NCBI GenBank assembly: GCA_040437565.1
Contig: JBDOQK010000009.1
Coordinates: 186,001-250,000, forward strand
DNA: 64,000 nucleotides
Direction: 5' to 3'
DNA from: Albugo candida
Taxonomy: Eukaryota
Positions within the stretch are counted from its first letter, which is position 1. Each line of letters opens with the position of its first letter. Made by a program: the position numbers and the translations under genes. Positions 13,330 through 26,089 of the stretch are shown here, in pieces. The notes under the pieces are model-generated. The model was not told the origin of the DNA. It searched no databases and was given only the letters and a program-made list of their open reading frames with translations.

Positions 13330-14050
13330 GATTCCCATTTTTTCACTTTCTCCGAGACCGAACGATCAACTTTGGAGTGCCGTGTTCGGATTGACTGATC
13401 TGCACATTTTCGTGTGAAGATTTTTCCGATCGGAATAGTTGATTACAAAAATCCTTGACTGAAGGAAGATTTATTTGTTTACACTTTCCCAGTCCATGCT
13501 TTTCACGCGGTCGATATGCTTTCCTAAAGTATGATTACGTTCTTTACTAATATCTTTTTGCCGTCCTGAAGCAAAGACTGATACTTTTGTATACTCGTAG
13601 ACATTTACTTCACTTGTACAAATGAATAGATTGCGATATCGATGCCGGCAAACTGACTACACTACAACGTATCAGCACAACTGACTCCTATACAAAATAA
13701 CGTCAAAGGATACTGAAAATGGTCATTAAGACCTTCCCTCGAGAAACTAAAGTATAGGTCAAGACGTTGAGCATCTTACGACATCTTACATTGATGCGCC
13801 AGGGTGAGTCTCACATTGTGCATCAAGATTTTAGACGATTCTACTCAGCAAGATCAGCTTATCTCATACCCGTGAAGAATTCCTGACTTGCGCTCTGTTT
13901 CTAACTCACACAGGTTTTTGCATCGATAATCTCTGCTTCCATCGATGAGATCGATTTCAATCACCTGAATTGGAAGCCACATAGGATTGCTTGAACAGCA
14001 TGTAAAAACCGATTTGATCCATACAAAGATGGCATGAATCAGGGCTTACG
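13330..14050 (-). pseudogene. Decayed copy of gene 'Y', block A
   Basis: Reverse-complement similarity to ~29780-30600 and ~6900-7700. Confidence 0.7.
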
Positions 14051-14059
14051 GGGAGTCCT

Positions 14060-16460
14060 GAAAAATTTCTCAATTTTGAATTTGTGTGCAACCGTTGCAA
14101 AGAAGTATCCTGTACACAATGATTAACTGTCTATGCGAATGTGCATGCGACCTCGAAAACGTGACAATAAATTGTGGATAGAAAAATAAAAGCTCTGGTA
14201 AGACTGCGGAAGTTTGCGTTCGCTTGGTCACATCGAAACTGACTTTTTTATTTTGATCTGCAAATTCTGTTTTGGTGAAGCAACAAAAGATACTAAAANN
14301 NNNNNNNNNNNNNNNNNNNNNNNNNNNNNNNNNNNNNNNNNNNNNNNNNNNNNNNNNNNNNNNNNNNNNNNNNNNNNNNNNNNNNNNNNNNNNNNNNNTG
14401 AATTGGAAGCCACATAGGATTGCTTGAACAGCATGTAAAAACCGATTTGATCCATACAAAGATGGCATGAATCAGGGCTTACGGGGAGTCCTGAAAAATT
14501 TCTCAATTTTGAATTTGTGTGCAACCGTTGCAAAGAAGTATCCTGTACACAATGATTAACTGTCTATGCGAATGTGCATGCGACCTCGAAAACGTGACAA
14601 TAAATTGTGGATAGAAAAATAAAAGCTCTGGTAAGACTGCGGAAGTTTGCGTTCGCTTGGTCACATCGAAACTGACTTTTTTATTTTGATCTGCAAATTC
14701 TGTTTTGGTGAAGCAACAAAAGATACTAAAACAGCTAAATTTGCTGCGGGAATTGCTTCGCCCAAAACGTTTCTTAAAAAACGAGAGTTTCATTCTATGG
14801 GAGGAAGCTTTGACTACCCCATTCCCAGCATTCCTTAAGTATCCATTCAGAATAAATTGACTGCGAACACTTCCAAACGGCATGATCGATATGGGGGTCG
14901 ATACAACACAAGGAGGACCTGCATACAGCTAGCTTCTTTTGATGAAGCCGATTCATCAATCACCAAATAGTACTACTTAGCCACGTGGAAAACGAACAAG
15001 CTTACTGAAATTGTTATCCGACACAGAAAGCAACTTAATTGCACGCTTTGCCTTTTTTCGCCTGCAAAGCCGACGAACAATTCGAAGGAGAGGAAGTACT
15101 TAATCAGAAATGAGTAGCTCAATAAATTGTTGGAAATCTTCAATGGTGTGTACGAAGGAGAAAAAAATACTTCAGTTAACAGAATAGGTGCTCAGAGGAA
15201 CGGATATGAGTGGCGCATTGCCTGATGTGGCTACATGTCAGACTAGCATGATACGAAACATAGACTCTTCTACAAAATGAGAATAGTGATATCAGCCTAG
15301 CAAATGGCTAGATGAAAGTGATTTTTGACACATAACAAGGAAGTGATGTCCGGTATTGGCTGTAAGACATATCTGACAAAAAAAGCGTAGTGCGAAAAAC
15401 AAATAAGTAGCCAGAGGGTCTCATTTCTAGATTCAGCAAATTTAACCGGTATCAACAAAAAAGCAAGACTGCCGGCACTGATGAACGCTTTGTCGAGCAA
15501 TAAAAAACTGGGATAAAACAGCTTCCTGATAACTTCCAAGTTATTGAAGATCTCGTACATCAGAAGAGCGACAACACTACCGAAAGACACCGGCAAAAAA
15601 AAATGTGCTTAGCAATGTCGAGACCGTGGTGATACTAATCAAGATCTCTTTTTCGAATACTTGGAACAACAACCTTCGTTACCAAATAGCACTTTGCACT
15701 AGTTGGTACATCCCATACGGAACCATGACTGGAAGCCTCGAAAATCCACCAATTTAGCAGTTGATCGGCAAATCAAAGTCGAGCGATCGACCTCGGTCAT
15801 TTTTGAAATTGATCGATCACCTTGTGAACGAAATAAGCTTTTGCGATTGCACCTTGGGAACGTCCGCATTGGCTGACTTTGCCAAAGTATGAATTGGTCT
15901 GGTATTTATCCTGACAAGATATTCAGTAGTCACTTTAAGCCAAGTAAAGACTTCCGTCACAATCATTTGAACCATAACTAAGTCCAATCTGCTGGTCACT
16001 GATGTCGAGCATTGTCTGATATAACGTCGCGAGGGAGATATTATTTGATATTGCATATTCTCTATTTACTGTCGACCGAGCTCCCGTGCACCCCATGAAA
16101 AAAGACTTGCTGGTCAACCGGATCGAAACTGCTTACTTTATCTTCACCTCCGGGCGCATCAGCACAATCTTTTCTTGTGGACCTTGCTCCTATGCCAAAA
16201 TTGTCCGACTGCTCCACCCCTTACGATTCTGAACCAGCATTCTTGCGGCAACGCGTTGATGCATTTCACATGCAGCATTGTCGATGTCGATGAACGAAGC
16301 ACTGGTATCAAGCATGTGTCGAAAGCAAAATAAGATGGAACATGTCACACGAATAGATGGTTTTCTCTCGTGATCATTTGTGAGCTTGTCGCTAACCTTT
16401 TGAAAGATGATGACAGTGTATTATCCGAAATGACTCGATATCCGTGGGTTTCATGCAAGA
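14060..16460 (+). pseudogene. Decayed copy of the 787-aa gene, block B
   Basis: 15190-15600 and 15780-16440 align by eye to the reverse complement of ~37590-37180 and ~36960-36210; frames are broken. Includes a gap-overlap duplication. Confidence 0.85.
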
Positions 16461-16500
16461 TGAACTATCACATTGCAGCTGCACGCTGCCACTAATGTAC

Positions 16501-17930
16501 TTGACGAAATGTTCGGCTATCGAGATGGAGCTATCTGAGGATTCGATGACTTATTCAGTGTTCAACCGGAAAGCAAGCAAGTACCACAGGTGGAACGGAA
16601 ATATATCCTTTTCTATACTATATTCTTCCTCAAAAGCTGTTTGAAAATTAAAGTATCCAAGACAATGGACTGCATCATTCGTGATAAAATGAAAGCATGT
16701 GGCGCGGATATCGTGTTTAGTAATCGTCGACTCAAGNNNNNNNNNNNNNNNNNNNNNNNNNNNNNNNNNNNNNNNNNNNNNNNNNNNNNNNNNNNNNNNN
16801 NNNNNNNNNNNNNNNNNNNNNNNNNNNNNNNNNNNNGAGCTATCTGAGGATTCGATGACTTATTCAGTGTTCAACCGGAAAGCAAGCAAGTACCACAGGT
16901 GGAACGGAAATATATCCTTTTCTATACTATATTCTTCCTCAAAAGCTGTTTGAAAATTAAAGTATCCAAGACAATGAACTGCATCATTCGTGATAAAATG
17001 AAAGCATGTGGCGCGGATATCGTGTTTAGTAATCGTCGACTCAAGTCGTATGTGTCTAGTCACATGAAAGAGTTGTGGACGGAAATCATGAATCAAAAAA
17101 GCTGAAAATGAACTCCTAGATATTTAAATCACAAAAAAGTGATCATAGCCGCTCTCTAATCGTTTGCGATGCTTTCTCCAGTCGACGAATTGGAAGCGGA
17201 AGAGCTTCGCCGCAAAATTCATGATACAAATAATGTATTTGTATTGATCAGGAGATGGCGAAAAGTTATCTGGAATCACTGGAAAACGTTGAGGAAAGTG
17301 ACAAGAAATAGACTCACTTAATGGATAAGATCCAAAATTTAATAATCGAACTGGAGAAAGAAAAATAGCCAGTGGGGTCACTGGAGAGTCAATCGCAAAG
17401 AAGAACAAACTCATTAAGGAAAAACAAAAAAAAGCCTACGAAGTAAGCAAAAGAATTGCAATATATATATCGGGGCAAGCTACAGGGGTCGAAAAATGCT
17501 TAAATAGCCCAGTTTCGACGCAAGGAAGTAGAGCTCTCTCGACCTCAGAAAATAATGGAGCAGCAGGTTGAATTCTTGCCTACAGGCGATAACAAAGGAC
17601 AGGGTCTTGAATCATCTTAAAGTTGCTGCCTCGAAGATGTCTCGACCTGGCTGGAGAACAATAAAGTTATACAAACAAAGAAACGATTCAAAAGCTTGAA
17701 TCAAGGAAAGACGAATACTGGTGGAAAATACGATATATTGAGTCATCGTGTATCAACAACTCTACAATTTCGGCTAAGTATGAAGAACGAAATAAATTCG
17801 ACATAGAAGAGATCGCTCGAGTCCGTCAGCATCTGGATCAACAAAGAATGATTTTTCAATCACAAGCGGAAAAAAACGCTGAAATGGACGAAACAAAAAT
17901 TACTACAGCATTTTGTCGGACTAAATATGG
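16501..17930 (+). pseudogene. Decayed SSX2IP/ADIP-like gene, block B
   Basis: IRDKMKACGADIVFSNRRLKSYVSSH and FQSQAEK..MDETKITTAF remnants are collinear with the reverse complement of 35891-34123. Confidence 0.85.
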
Positions 17931-18815
17931 CTTCTGTTTATCGAGGGGATCATCAAAAGTATCGATGACGCACATTGATGTAAATTTTCGACCGGGCGCC
18001 AGAAATAAAAATAGACCCAGTGTTCCTACTGACTGGTCCAGGATAGACAGTGATCAACTCTAGAGTTTAGCAATCTAGCGGTGTAGGCGGCTGGTCTGGT
18101 TAGTGCCGTCGTATTCACAGAGTATAAACAATAAGTGATCCGTGATCCCAGTAGTAGAAATGATTATAGTACAAATTCCAGGCGCTTTCACGACCTCTGC
18201 TTACTGGTATTACATAACGCTGACTCATACCACCTGTTGTGGTCTTTATTGGTGTGAGTAGAAATCAGCCATTCAACTGCCACTCATACGCTAGTCACAG
18301 TAATGAAATGGCTTCTTCGCTACTCAGAAAAGCTGACTGATTGCAGGATGACTGCATAAGTGTCGTTCCTCCCGGATACTAAATATGACTCGAAACCCGC
18401 GCCGTCCTCTCTAGCGTTAAAGCTGGTTGGAAGTCACCCTTATGTGTGCGTCATCTTGATGCATCTATACTGAGACAGGGATTGAACTGGACCAGAATGA
18501 AAGCCTCCATCGATCTCATTATCTAACAAGTGTGGTTGANNNNNNNNNNNNNNNNNNNNNNNNNNNNNNNNNNNNNNNNNNNNNNNNNNNNNNNNNNNNN
18601 NNNNNNNNNNNNNNNNNNNNNNNNNNNNNNNNNNNNNNNCCCGCGCCGTCCTCTCTAGCGTTAAAGCTGGTTGGAAGTCACCCTTATGTGTGCGTCATCT
18701 TGATGCATCTATACTGAGACAGGGATTGAACTGGACCAGAATGAAAGCCTCCATCGATCTCATTATCTAACAAGTGTGGTTGAATACGCATCAACATCTA
18801 GAACTAGGTTTAAGA

Positions 18816-19784
18816 ATGAAGATAACTACACTACTACCAGCGGCTTTCTTGATTACTTCAATAGCAGCACAAGTCCCGTTACCATTTAATGGCTCATTCA
18901 ATGGTCTGACAATCGCTACTTTGTCGACCAAATATATGTTACACATTTTTCTGGATGAACAAAACGTAAATAAAAGAAAATTAGAAGACTATCTCAGCCT
19001 CGACATTGAACCACGGCACCTTCGTCATAGTACGAGTGAGGCAGTCTTGCAGATCAAAGTGGACGACAAATCCACATTCAGAAATCAAACGGAATTTAGA
19101 CGATCCGATATTATGCAGATACTTGCAACCAAGAAGACAACATGGATAGAGTTTTCTCTCAATGTCCCAGTGAAGTTTCATAATAAAACCATTGACTGGC
19201 AAGTAGCTTTTCCTGAAAACCACTGTTGGGAAGTTCGCGTGCAACAAACTGATGTCGATAATGCGGAGCTGCAAATTTTATCTAACAGAAGTTATGGATC
19301 ACCTATTTGGAAGGCCAAACTTCGTGCGCGCATTTGGTATAATTTTGGTATATTTGTTGATGAGAATCAAACCACATTTTATGTTAGTGAAAATGATGCT
19401 GAATTAAAATTTGTGGCCAAGGATTCCAATGCATGCGACATCACCGATAAAGACTTTAAAGAGTTTCATGTTGGATTAGCAAGCTACCAAGAGCATGTTC
19501 ATAGAAATATCGGAAGACCAGAATACATCTGGTTTAGTGGTATTATGGCTGATACAAAAATAAACGAAAGCAAGATCAAAGGAGGTGGAGGAACGAATTC
19601 TAATTCTGCCGAACAGAATGAAGGGTCAAGCGGTGGCTCTACTACTGGAAATCAGAATGAGGAAAACGCAGGCGGAACCTCTAAAAATGGAGAAAAAACA
19701 CCCGTGAAGGATGATTCTGGAGGTAGTGATGGGAGCCCCACCCCACCGACCAATCATAAGAAATGCAAGAAGATAAAGAGCTGA
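18816..19784 (+). CDS. Secreted GH131-like beta-glucanase, copy 3 (322 aa)
   Basis: ATG 18816 (MKITTLLPAAFLITSIAAQVPLPF, signal peptide). Motifs QTEFRRSDIM, WQVAFPENHCWE, WYNFGI, EFHVGL; G/S/N-rich linker; tail HKKCKKIKS*. Intronless. Confidence 0.85.
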   Translation: MKITTLLPAAFLITSIAAQVPLPFNGSFNGLTIATLSTKYMLHIFLDEQNVNKRKLEDYLSLDIEPRHLRHSTSEAVLQIKVDDKSTFRNQTEFRRSDIMQILATKKTTWIEFSLNVPVKFHNKTIDWQVAFPENHCWEVRVQQTDVDNAELQILSNRSYGSPIWKAKLRARIWYNFGIFVDENQTTFYVSENDAELKFVAKDSNACDITDKDFKEFHVGLASYQEHVHRNIGRPEYIWFSGIMADTKINESKIKGGGGTNSNSAEQNEGSSGGSTTGNQNEENAGGTSKNGEKTPVKDDSGGSDGSPTPPTNHKKCKKIKS

Positions 19785-19879
19785 TCGCCCTTTGTTCTTA
19801 ATTTTGCACTTCCCATTTTTTTTTCCTAGAAAAGGGATAACCAAGATCATAGAATGTTGCTTTCCCCATTTTTTATTTT

Positions 19880-20445
19880 TCCAGAATGACCGAGTAATGA
19901 ACTTTACTAAGTCAACATCATGTGAGGTGCTTGATTGCTTTGTCCGAGAAATGTCAGCAAGTCCATGTATAAGCCGACTGAATGTAGCAACGCATATCTT
20001 CAGCAATGCCGCGAACAATTCGACAAGTTGACTTTCCTTGAATATGAATATGACTGTATAGGATGAGCAGCGCAACGTTGTCAACATTATACGGTGCTTT
20101 GTATCCGTAAAAGGCATTTATGAAGATATGGTCTTGCTAGCAGATATACTTGTTGATCTCACAACAGAATCATGGTCGAAATGTTCAGTAAAAGCGCCGT
20201 ATTTCGATCATGGTTGATGTGCAAATTTTCGCTATCATTGTAAGGGTTTTTTTGTATCTCTCAGAATAGGTTTTTGTAGACTTAGTTCTTCACACTTTTC
20301 GATTCATGCTTTTTGCGCGATCGTTATGCTTTGATTACATTCTTCATTGTCTTCTTCACCATCCTAAGAATGAATCACTGCTACTTTTGTATACATGCAG
20401 ATAACTGCTTCGCTTGTACAAATCTCTACACTGCGAATATCGATG
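19880..20445 (-). pseudogene. Decayed 3' part of gene 'Y', block B, truncated by the copia element
   Basis: Reverse-complement similarity to ~30280-30870 and same-strand similarity to ~13500-13645; similarity stops at ~20445. Confidence 0.7.
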
Positions 20446-23400
20446 GGGCCACGTCAAGCGGTACACCGTCACCCAGATTTGGCGAATCCTTGTTCTCATC
20501 TCTCGTGACGCAGTCACCGATCAGGGACAGGTGATCTTTCCGGTCGACGCGGCGCCTCCTCGAGCGGTTGGTGCAGCAGCGCCAGTTCCGCAGCAAAGAG
20601 CGCTGTACTACGCGATACCGACGGCAGCTCAGCGCAAACTCACTATTCGAAAATTTGCCGGCACCGAGCTGTATCGTGGCTTGGGATCCGGATTTCATGA
20701 CTGGGGAAAGACGTTTTTGCGTCAGGTCAACTTGGCCGAGGCACCGTGAGGATTTTCGCTGGAGCGAAGACGTCAAGGTGGACTTGCTCGGCCTTTAACT
20801 CGCTGGTATAGCCGAAAGGTACTACCACAAGGAAGTCGGTTTCTGGTCGATCCAGCAAGCGACTTTCAACCATGTGGTGGGACACCTGTTGGAGACGATC
20901 AAGACGACGATTACGGCTGGCCAGTCCATGGAATTCTTCGCACAGAATATGCATGTGAAAAGGTCGTGGGCAGATCATTTCTTGTAACTGGTAGTGGTCA
21001 GCGACGATGCACGAGGGGGTGTAGACCCGCTGGTACTGGACACATCGTTCATCACGCGTCCCCAGAGCTCATGAATGTGATGCGAGCCAAGTACGACCCG
21101 ACACGCTAAAGAGCTGACGCCAATCGCGACGTCGATCGAGCTCGGAGATGGATCGGTCGGGCGTGAGGTCGTCGCCACGCATGTTAAGACGTCGTCTCAG
21201 CGAAAGAAATCATGCAGATAGATTTTTGGGGTGCGGAAAGACGGGATATATGCAAGTGAATTGCCAGTGTAGGGTGAACGGTACCCGCAGAAGCGATGCG
21301 AAGAGCAGTGTTTGCGATATGGTGCTCGCAATCGGCATGAACAAACCACGCAAGCGCGGAATACGCGGTGGGCGTAAGTACAAGGTGCAAACTGAGCATG
21401 TGAATGCTATCGGTGATTTTCACGACAGTTGACCAAGCGACTGGATTCTGGACAATGGTTCAAGCAGGCAATTGGTGAATGACGCGTCGATGATTTACGA
21501 CGCTGAATAATGCGACCACCAGATCTCGATGGAACATGGCGATTCGCTCAAGATCATTACTGTTGGAAGTGTTCGCTTACAAGTGATTGCGGATGATAAA
21601 GAGCGAACGATCACGCTCACGGACGTATATCTGGTGCCACAGCTTGCGCGCAACTTCGTCTCATACGGGAAGCTTGAGCAGAAAAGGTTCATGATCTTGT
21701 ACAGCGAATCAAGTCGTTCTCTAGTGCGACGCAGCGACGGAGTGATAGCCTTCTACGTCAGCATGCAGACGAACGTGCTGTACGTGTAGACAACGGTGGC
21801 AGCTGTGCGTCAAAAGAGGTCGTCAGATCTGTTCATGGCTATGCTTACCACCACAGGGTCTCAAACGCCAGTAGCTGATGTGAAGTGCGGATCCCTGATC
21901 CATTTTCATGCTTGGGTGGGACATCTATCGCTCGATACGGTCGAACGAATGGCGAAGACACCAGGGTCTGGCAGCAAGAGTACGAACCACAAGAGATGGC
22001 CTGTATTCCGTGCAAAGAAGAAAAGCAGACAAATAACAAGCAGTCGCGAGCGGACACCGACGAAAACGCGCCTATTGATCGGATTGGTGGAGTAATTTTT
22101 ACCGATCTGAAGGGCCCGATGACACCATCAGATAGGCGCGGAAATCGCTACCTCATGAATTTCGTCGACCACAACTCGAACTATTATCACTTTTTCTTGG
22201 CGTCGATGAAAGACAGGCTGCAAAGAAGTTCGAGGGTTTCTTGCTTTTTTCGAGCGAATGTCTGACTGCAAAATTCACGTTTTGCGAACGGACGGTGGGA
22301 GCGAGTACAGAATTGTTGACCTGTTCTGCCAGCGCATAGGAGTCGCACGACAGATCGGTGATGTGAGAAATCAAGCTTCAAGCGGCAAGGCCGAGCACAT
22401 GCACCGGACGATACTCAACATGGCGCGCAGCATGATCTTTTTCAGCCGGCTGCCGATCAAATATAGGGAGACACGTCGAGTACGCTACCTACATCCTGAA
22501 GAGGAGTCCGGCTCGAGCGAACACGAGACGCGCATCGAAGATTGAAAAACTGAGGAATAAACCGCCTGATCTTCGAGATATTGCTGTGTTTGGGAGCACC
22601 TGCGCGGTATACATGGACCCACGAAATAACTTGCTTTCGTAGAGATCGCAGGTCACCGTCATCATCGGAATCAGCCACGAGACCAAAACTTTCTGCGTGT
22701 TTTGCAGAAGGATAACAACTTCATGACGACGCAGCACATTATGAACATCGGGACGCTTATTAACGAGCAGAACAGTCAGCTGCAGCGCTTATTGAAGTTT
22801 GATCACCAAGTGGAGTTCCCTACATCTATAACAGGTACTCAAGTCACTACATGTGGGAGCGCGGCTCCATATACGAGGATGAATAGCGTCTACGAGGGAA
22901 AAACAGTGGAAACGTGCGGCGTTTGGAACTCGATCGATGTCTAAACGCGTAGCGGCGACTGGCGACAAGGAGGAGTCAGCTCAAGGTCCAAGCGTGGTGA
23001 ACCACGTTGTTAAGCGCGATCCGAAGAGCTACACCGACGTGATGCGCAAGCTCAAAGCTTGAAGACTGGAACAAGGCAATGCAAATAAAGCTGAAGGCTC
23101 TCGAGGATACCAGTGTATGGCGCCTGATCAAGCGCCCGGCCTACAGCAATGCTCTTCACACGAAATGGGTCTAAAGGACAAAAACCGACGCGGAAGGGAG
23201 CATAGTAAGGCTCAAGGCGGGATAAGTCGCGTGCGGGAATGAGCAAGTCCTGGGAGCGGATTATAGTCTCACTTTCGCTGCGGTTATGGACCTGTCGACG
23301 GTGAATATGATACTGGTACTCGCGGCGACATGGAAAGGTTCGGCAAAGCACGGAGACATACCGATTGCATATGTCAAGACCGACAAAGAAGCGCACCTCG

Positions 23401-24620
23401 AGATTGATCTGCAACTTCCTCGGGGCATGGATGTAGACGACAGGACACTAGAGGACCTCGCCGCAAGAAGCAGAGATACTTGTTGTTGCAGCTGCTGAAG
23501 ATCCTATACGGATTAAAGCATGCGGGGCGCTTATGGAGCCAATTGCTACATGCGAGACTCACTGAAGCGGGGTATAGACAGTGCGTTGCGAAAATATGTT
23601 TATATCGCAAACAAGATGGTGAAGTTATCGTCGTGGTCAGCGTATATGTCGATGACCTGCTGACGAAAGGCACTAGCGCTGAAGCTGTCGATTGGTTTTT
23701 CGTCAGCCTTGGCTCGTAGACCTGGGACGTGGGCCAAAGATTTTGGGTATGCACATGTCACTTGATAAGGACGGCTTCTATGTTCTGGTTTAGGAGAAGG
23801 CTATTCAATACCTACTGCGCGTGCATGGGCTTGTGTTAGCAAACTCGACGCTTTCGCCTATTAGAGCCGACCGTTACGAGGTGCAGGGCGAAGGCAGCGC
23901 ACTGCTCGGGACGACGAGCGCGTCTGGATAGCCATCAAACAAGGACTTTCAGTCGCTTGTTGAAAGTCTTCTGTGGGAGGTGCAATGCACGCGATCAAAT
24001 GTGTCGTTTGCTGTGCACAAGGCGACGCGACAAACTCACCAGCCACGCGTTCAAAATTTGAATGTGGCGAAGCGCATTGCGCGGTATCTAAAAGGGACTT
24101 AATGATTGAAGCTGAGGATGACACTAAGAGTTGAATCGCGGGAGACTCCGTCGCTGGAGGCATACTGCGACGTGGATTTTGCAAGTGACAAGAAGAAACG
24201 CAAGTCGTTGACAGGGAGAGTCGTTTTACTAAACGGTATGCCAGTAAGCTGGAGCGCGAAAAAAGAGGGCAGCGTGTCCTCGTCGACTATGGAAGCTGAA
24301 TTTTTTGCTGCTTCGGAGGCTTCGCGCGATTTGCTCGGCGTCCTTGAGATGCTGGGCGAGATGAACAAGGTGGCGGCTCTGCTCATGCTAATACATTCAA
24401 ATACCAGGCGGACATCAATCAACTCGAAGGCGAGGCATCATCGATCAAGGCTACACACATTGATGTGCGGCTCAAGTTCGTATGCGACTACGCCAGACGC
24501 GGCATCGTTCTCGCGCAATACGTACGGAGCGGATGCTCGCAGACTTGCTGACGAAAGCACTGGACCCAGGAAAGCTTGCAAGTTTGCGTGCACTCGTGTG
24601 CTTGGATAATTAGTTCAAGG
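20446..24620 (+). mobile_element. Degenerate Ty1/copia LTR retrotransposon internal region
   Basis: Domain order is gag (IRKFAGTELYRGLGSGFHDWG; decayed zinc knuckle GCGKTGYMQVNC), protease (DWILDNGSSRQL), pre-integrase (HAWVGHL), integrase (IFTDLKGPM, LRTDGGSEY, GKAEHMHRT), RT (LYGLKHAGRLW, VYVDDLL), RNase H (AYCDVDFASDKKKRKSLTG, SSTMEAEF). Many stops and frameshifts; no LTR pair identified. Confidence 0.95.
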
Positions 24621-25039
24621 ACTTCGAGATGAACAAACATGCTAGCGTGAGATGCAAGTAGGGATGGTGATGATGGTGCGGCAAAGATGGCTGCATCCGA
24701 GGAAGGTTCTAGGATAAGGTGATAAAAGCTGAAGGTGCAAGTGAATCTCGAGGAGCTTCAAAAGGCACGGAATACTGCTTTTAGATTTCGGCAGTGATGT
24801 ATAGGAATAGTTGCGCGTTGCTTACAAAATTCAGGTAGAGCCAGAGAAAAAGGCAGTTCGGTAAACGTGGATAATAAGGCGTGGAAGAGAAAGAATAGCA
24901 GGTAAGGACAAACATCGTACAGAATCAATTTCGCCATCAACAACGTACCCAGCATTAACAACAGAAGAAATAACATTTCTGTCTAAAAACTGTAGAGAAG
25001 AGGCTTCGTTTTCTTGCTTTTGATGTGTAATGGTAAACA

Positions 25040-25204
25040 CCACATTGTAGCTACACGCTGCTACTAAGGTACGTAACGAAATGTACGGCTATCGAGATGG
25101 AGCTATATGAGGATTCCATGCCTAATTTAGAGTTCAACCGGAAAGCAAGCAAATACCACGGATGGAATTGAAGTATATCCTTTTCTACACTGTATTCATC
25201 CTCA
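25040..25204 (+). pseudogene. Short plus-strand fragment of the SSX2IP-like 5' end
   Basis: Close to 16470-16630 (cattgtagctacacgctgctact...ggctatcgagatggagcta). Confidence 0.8.
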
Positions 25205-25980
25205 CTTGCGTCGAAATTAGGCTTTGTAGTCCTACTCCAATCCCTTCAGCTTGCCACAAAGATGATGCTGGTGCCCGAGTCCTTGAAAGCATTCAAAGTA
25301 TCCGACAGCAACTGACTTGCACCAAGTAAAGTTCAATTTCTTATCTCGCTGTATGATCTTTTGTGTTCATTCATGGATGACTTTATTCTTGTGTGCAACT
25401 GGATCTCCAAAGATATCGCTGACAGATATTTTGCCTCCACTTCGGTTACTATAATTTCTATCATATCCTTATATGAGACTACATATTTCTTGTCACTTTA
25501 CCCAGCGTATTACACTACTTCAAAATGGCTCTATGCCTTCTCTTCATGCAAAAATATCAATATATTGGTTGATCGTGAGTTTTGTGGACTAAGCTCTCCA
25601 AATCCAATTTGTCGACTAGAAAAAGCACCAGGAACGATTAAAGAGCGGCTATGATCGCTCCGTCGTGATTTTGAGTATCTAGAAGTTCATTTCAGCCTTT
25701 GCATCCATGATATTTGTCCACTACTCTTTCATAATGGCCGTCTGCATGCGAATTGAGTCTATGCCCGCTTCCGCGTCATTGCTTTCATTTTATCACGAAA
25801 ATGCAATTGAACGTCTCGAACACTTTAAAACTCAGGAAGCTTTCGAAAATACCTGTAGGAAAGAATAGTATCTACTCCCGTTCGACCGTGGATAAATGCT
25901 TCATTTCTGGCTGAACGCTGAATAAGTACTCGAAGCCTCATCTCGCTTCATCTCGATAGCCATACCTTTCATCAAGTACA
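25205..25980 (-). pseudogene. Decayed SSX2IP/ADIP-like gene, inverted block
   Basis: Same-strand similarity to 35100-35890, including the region of the 35147-35211 intron (DNA-level duplication). Confidence 0.85.
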
Positions 25981-26089
25981 TTGATAAGTGCGTGCAGAAC
26001 CCATGTCATGCTTGTTGAAGCTACTTTTGCCTCTTTCAAAATGCCAACGACCTCTACGATGTACTGCTTGGCACCCTTTAATCTGGAAC

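Noticed and set aside
24620-25040. Possible 3' LTR or polypurine tract of the copia element
   Set aside because: No matching 5' copy, TG..CA termini or TSD could be identified.
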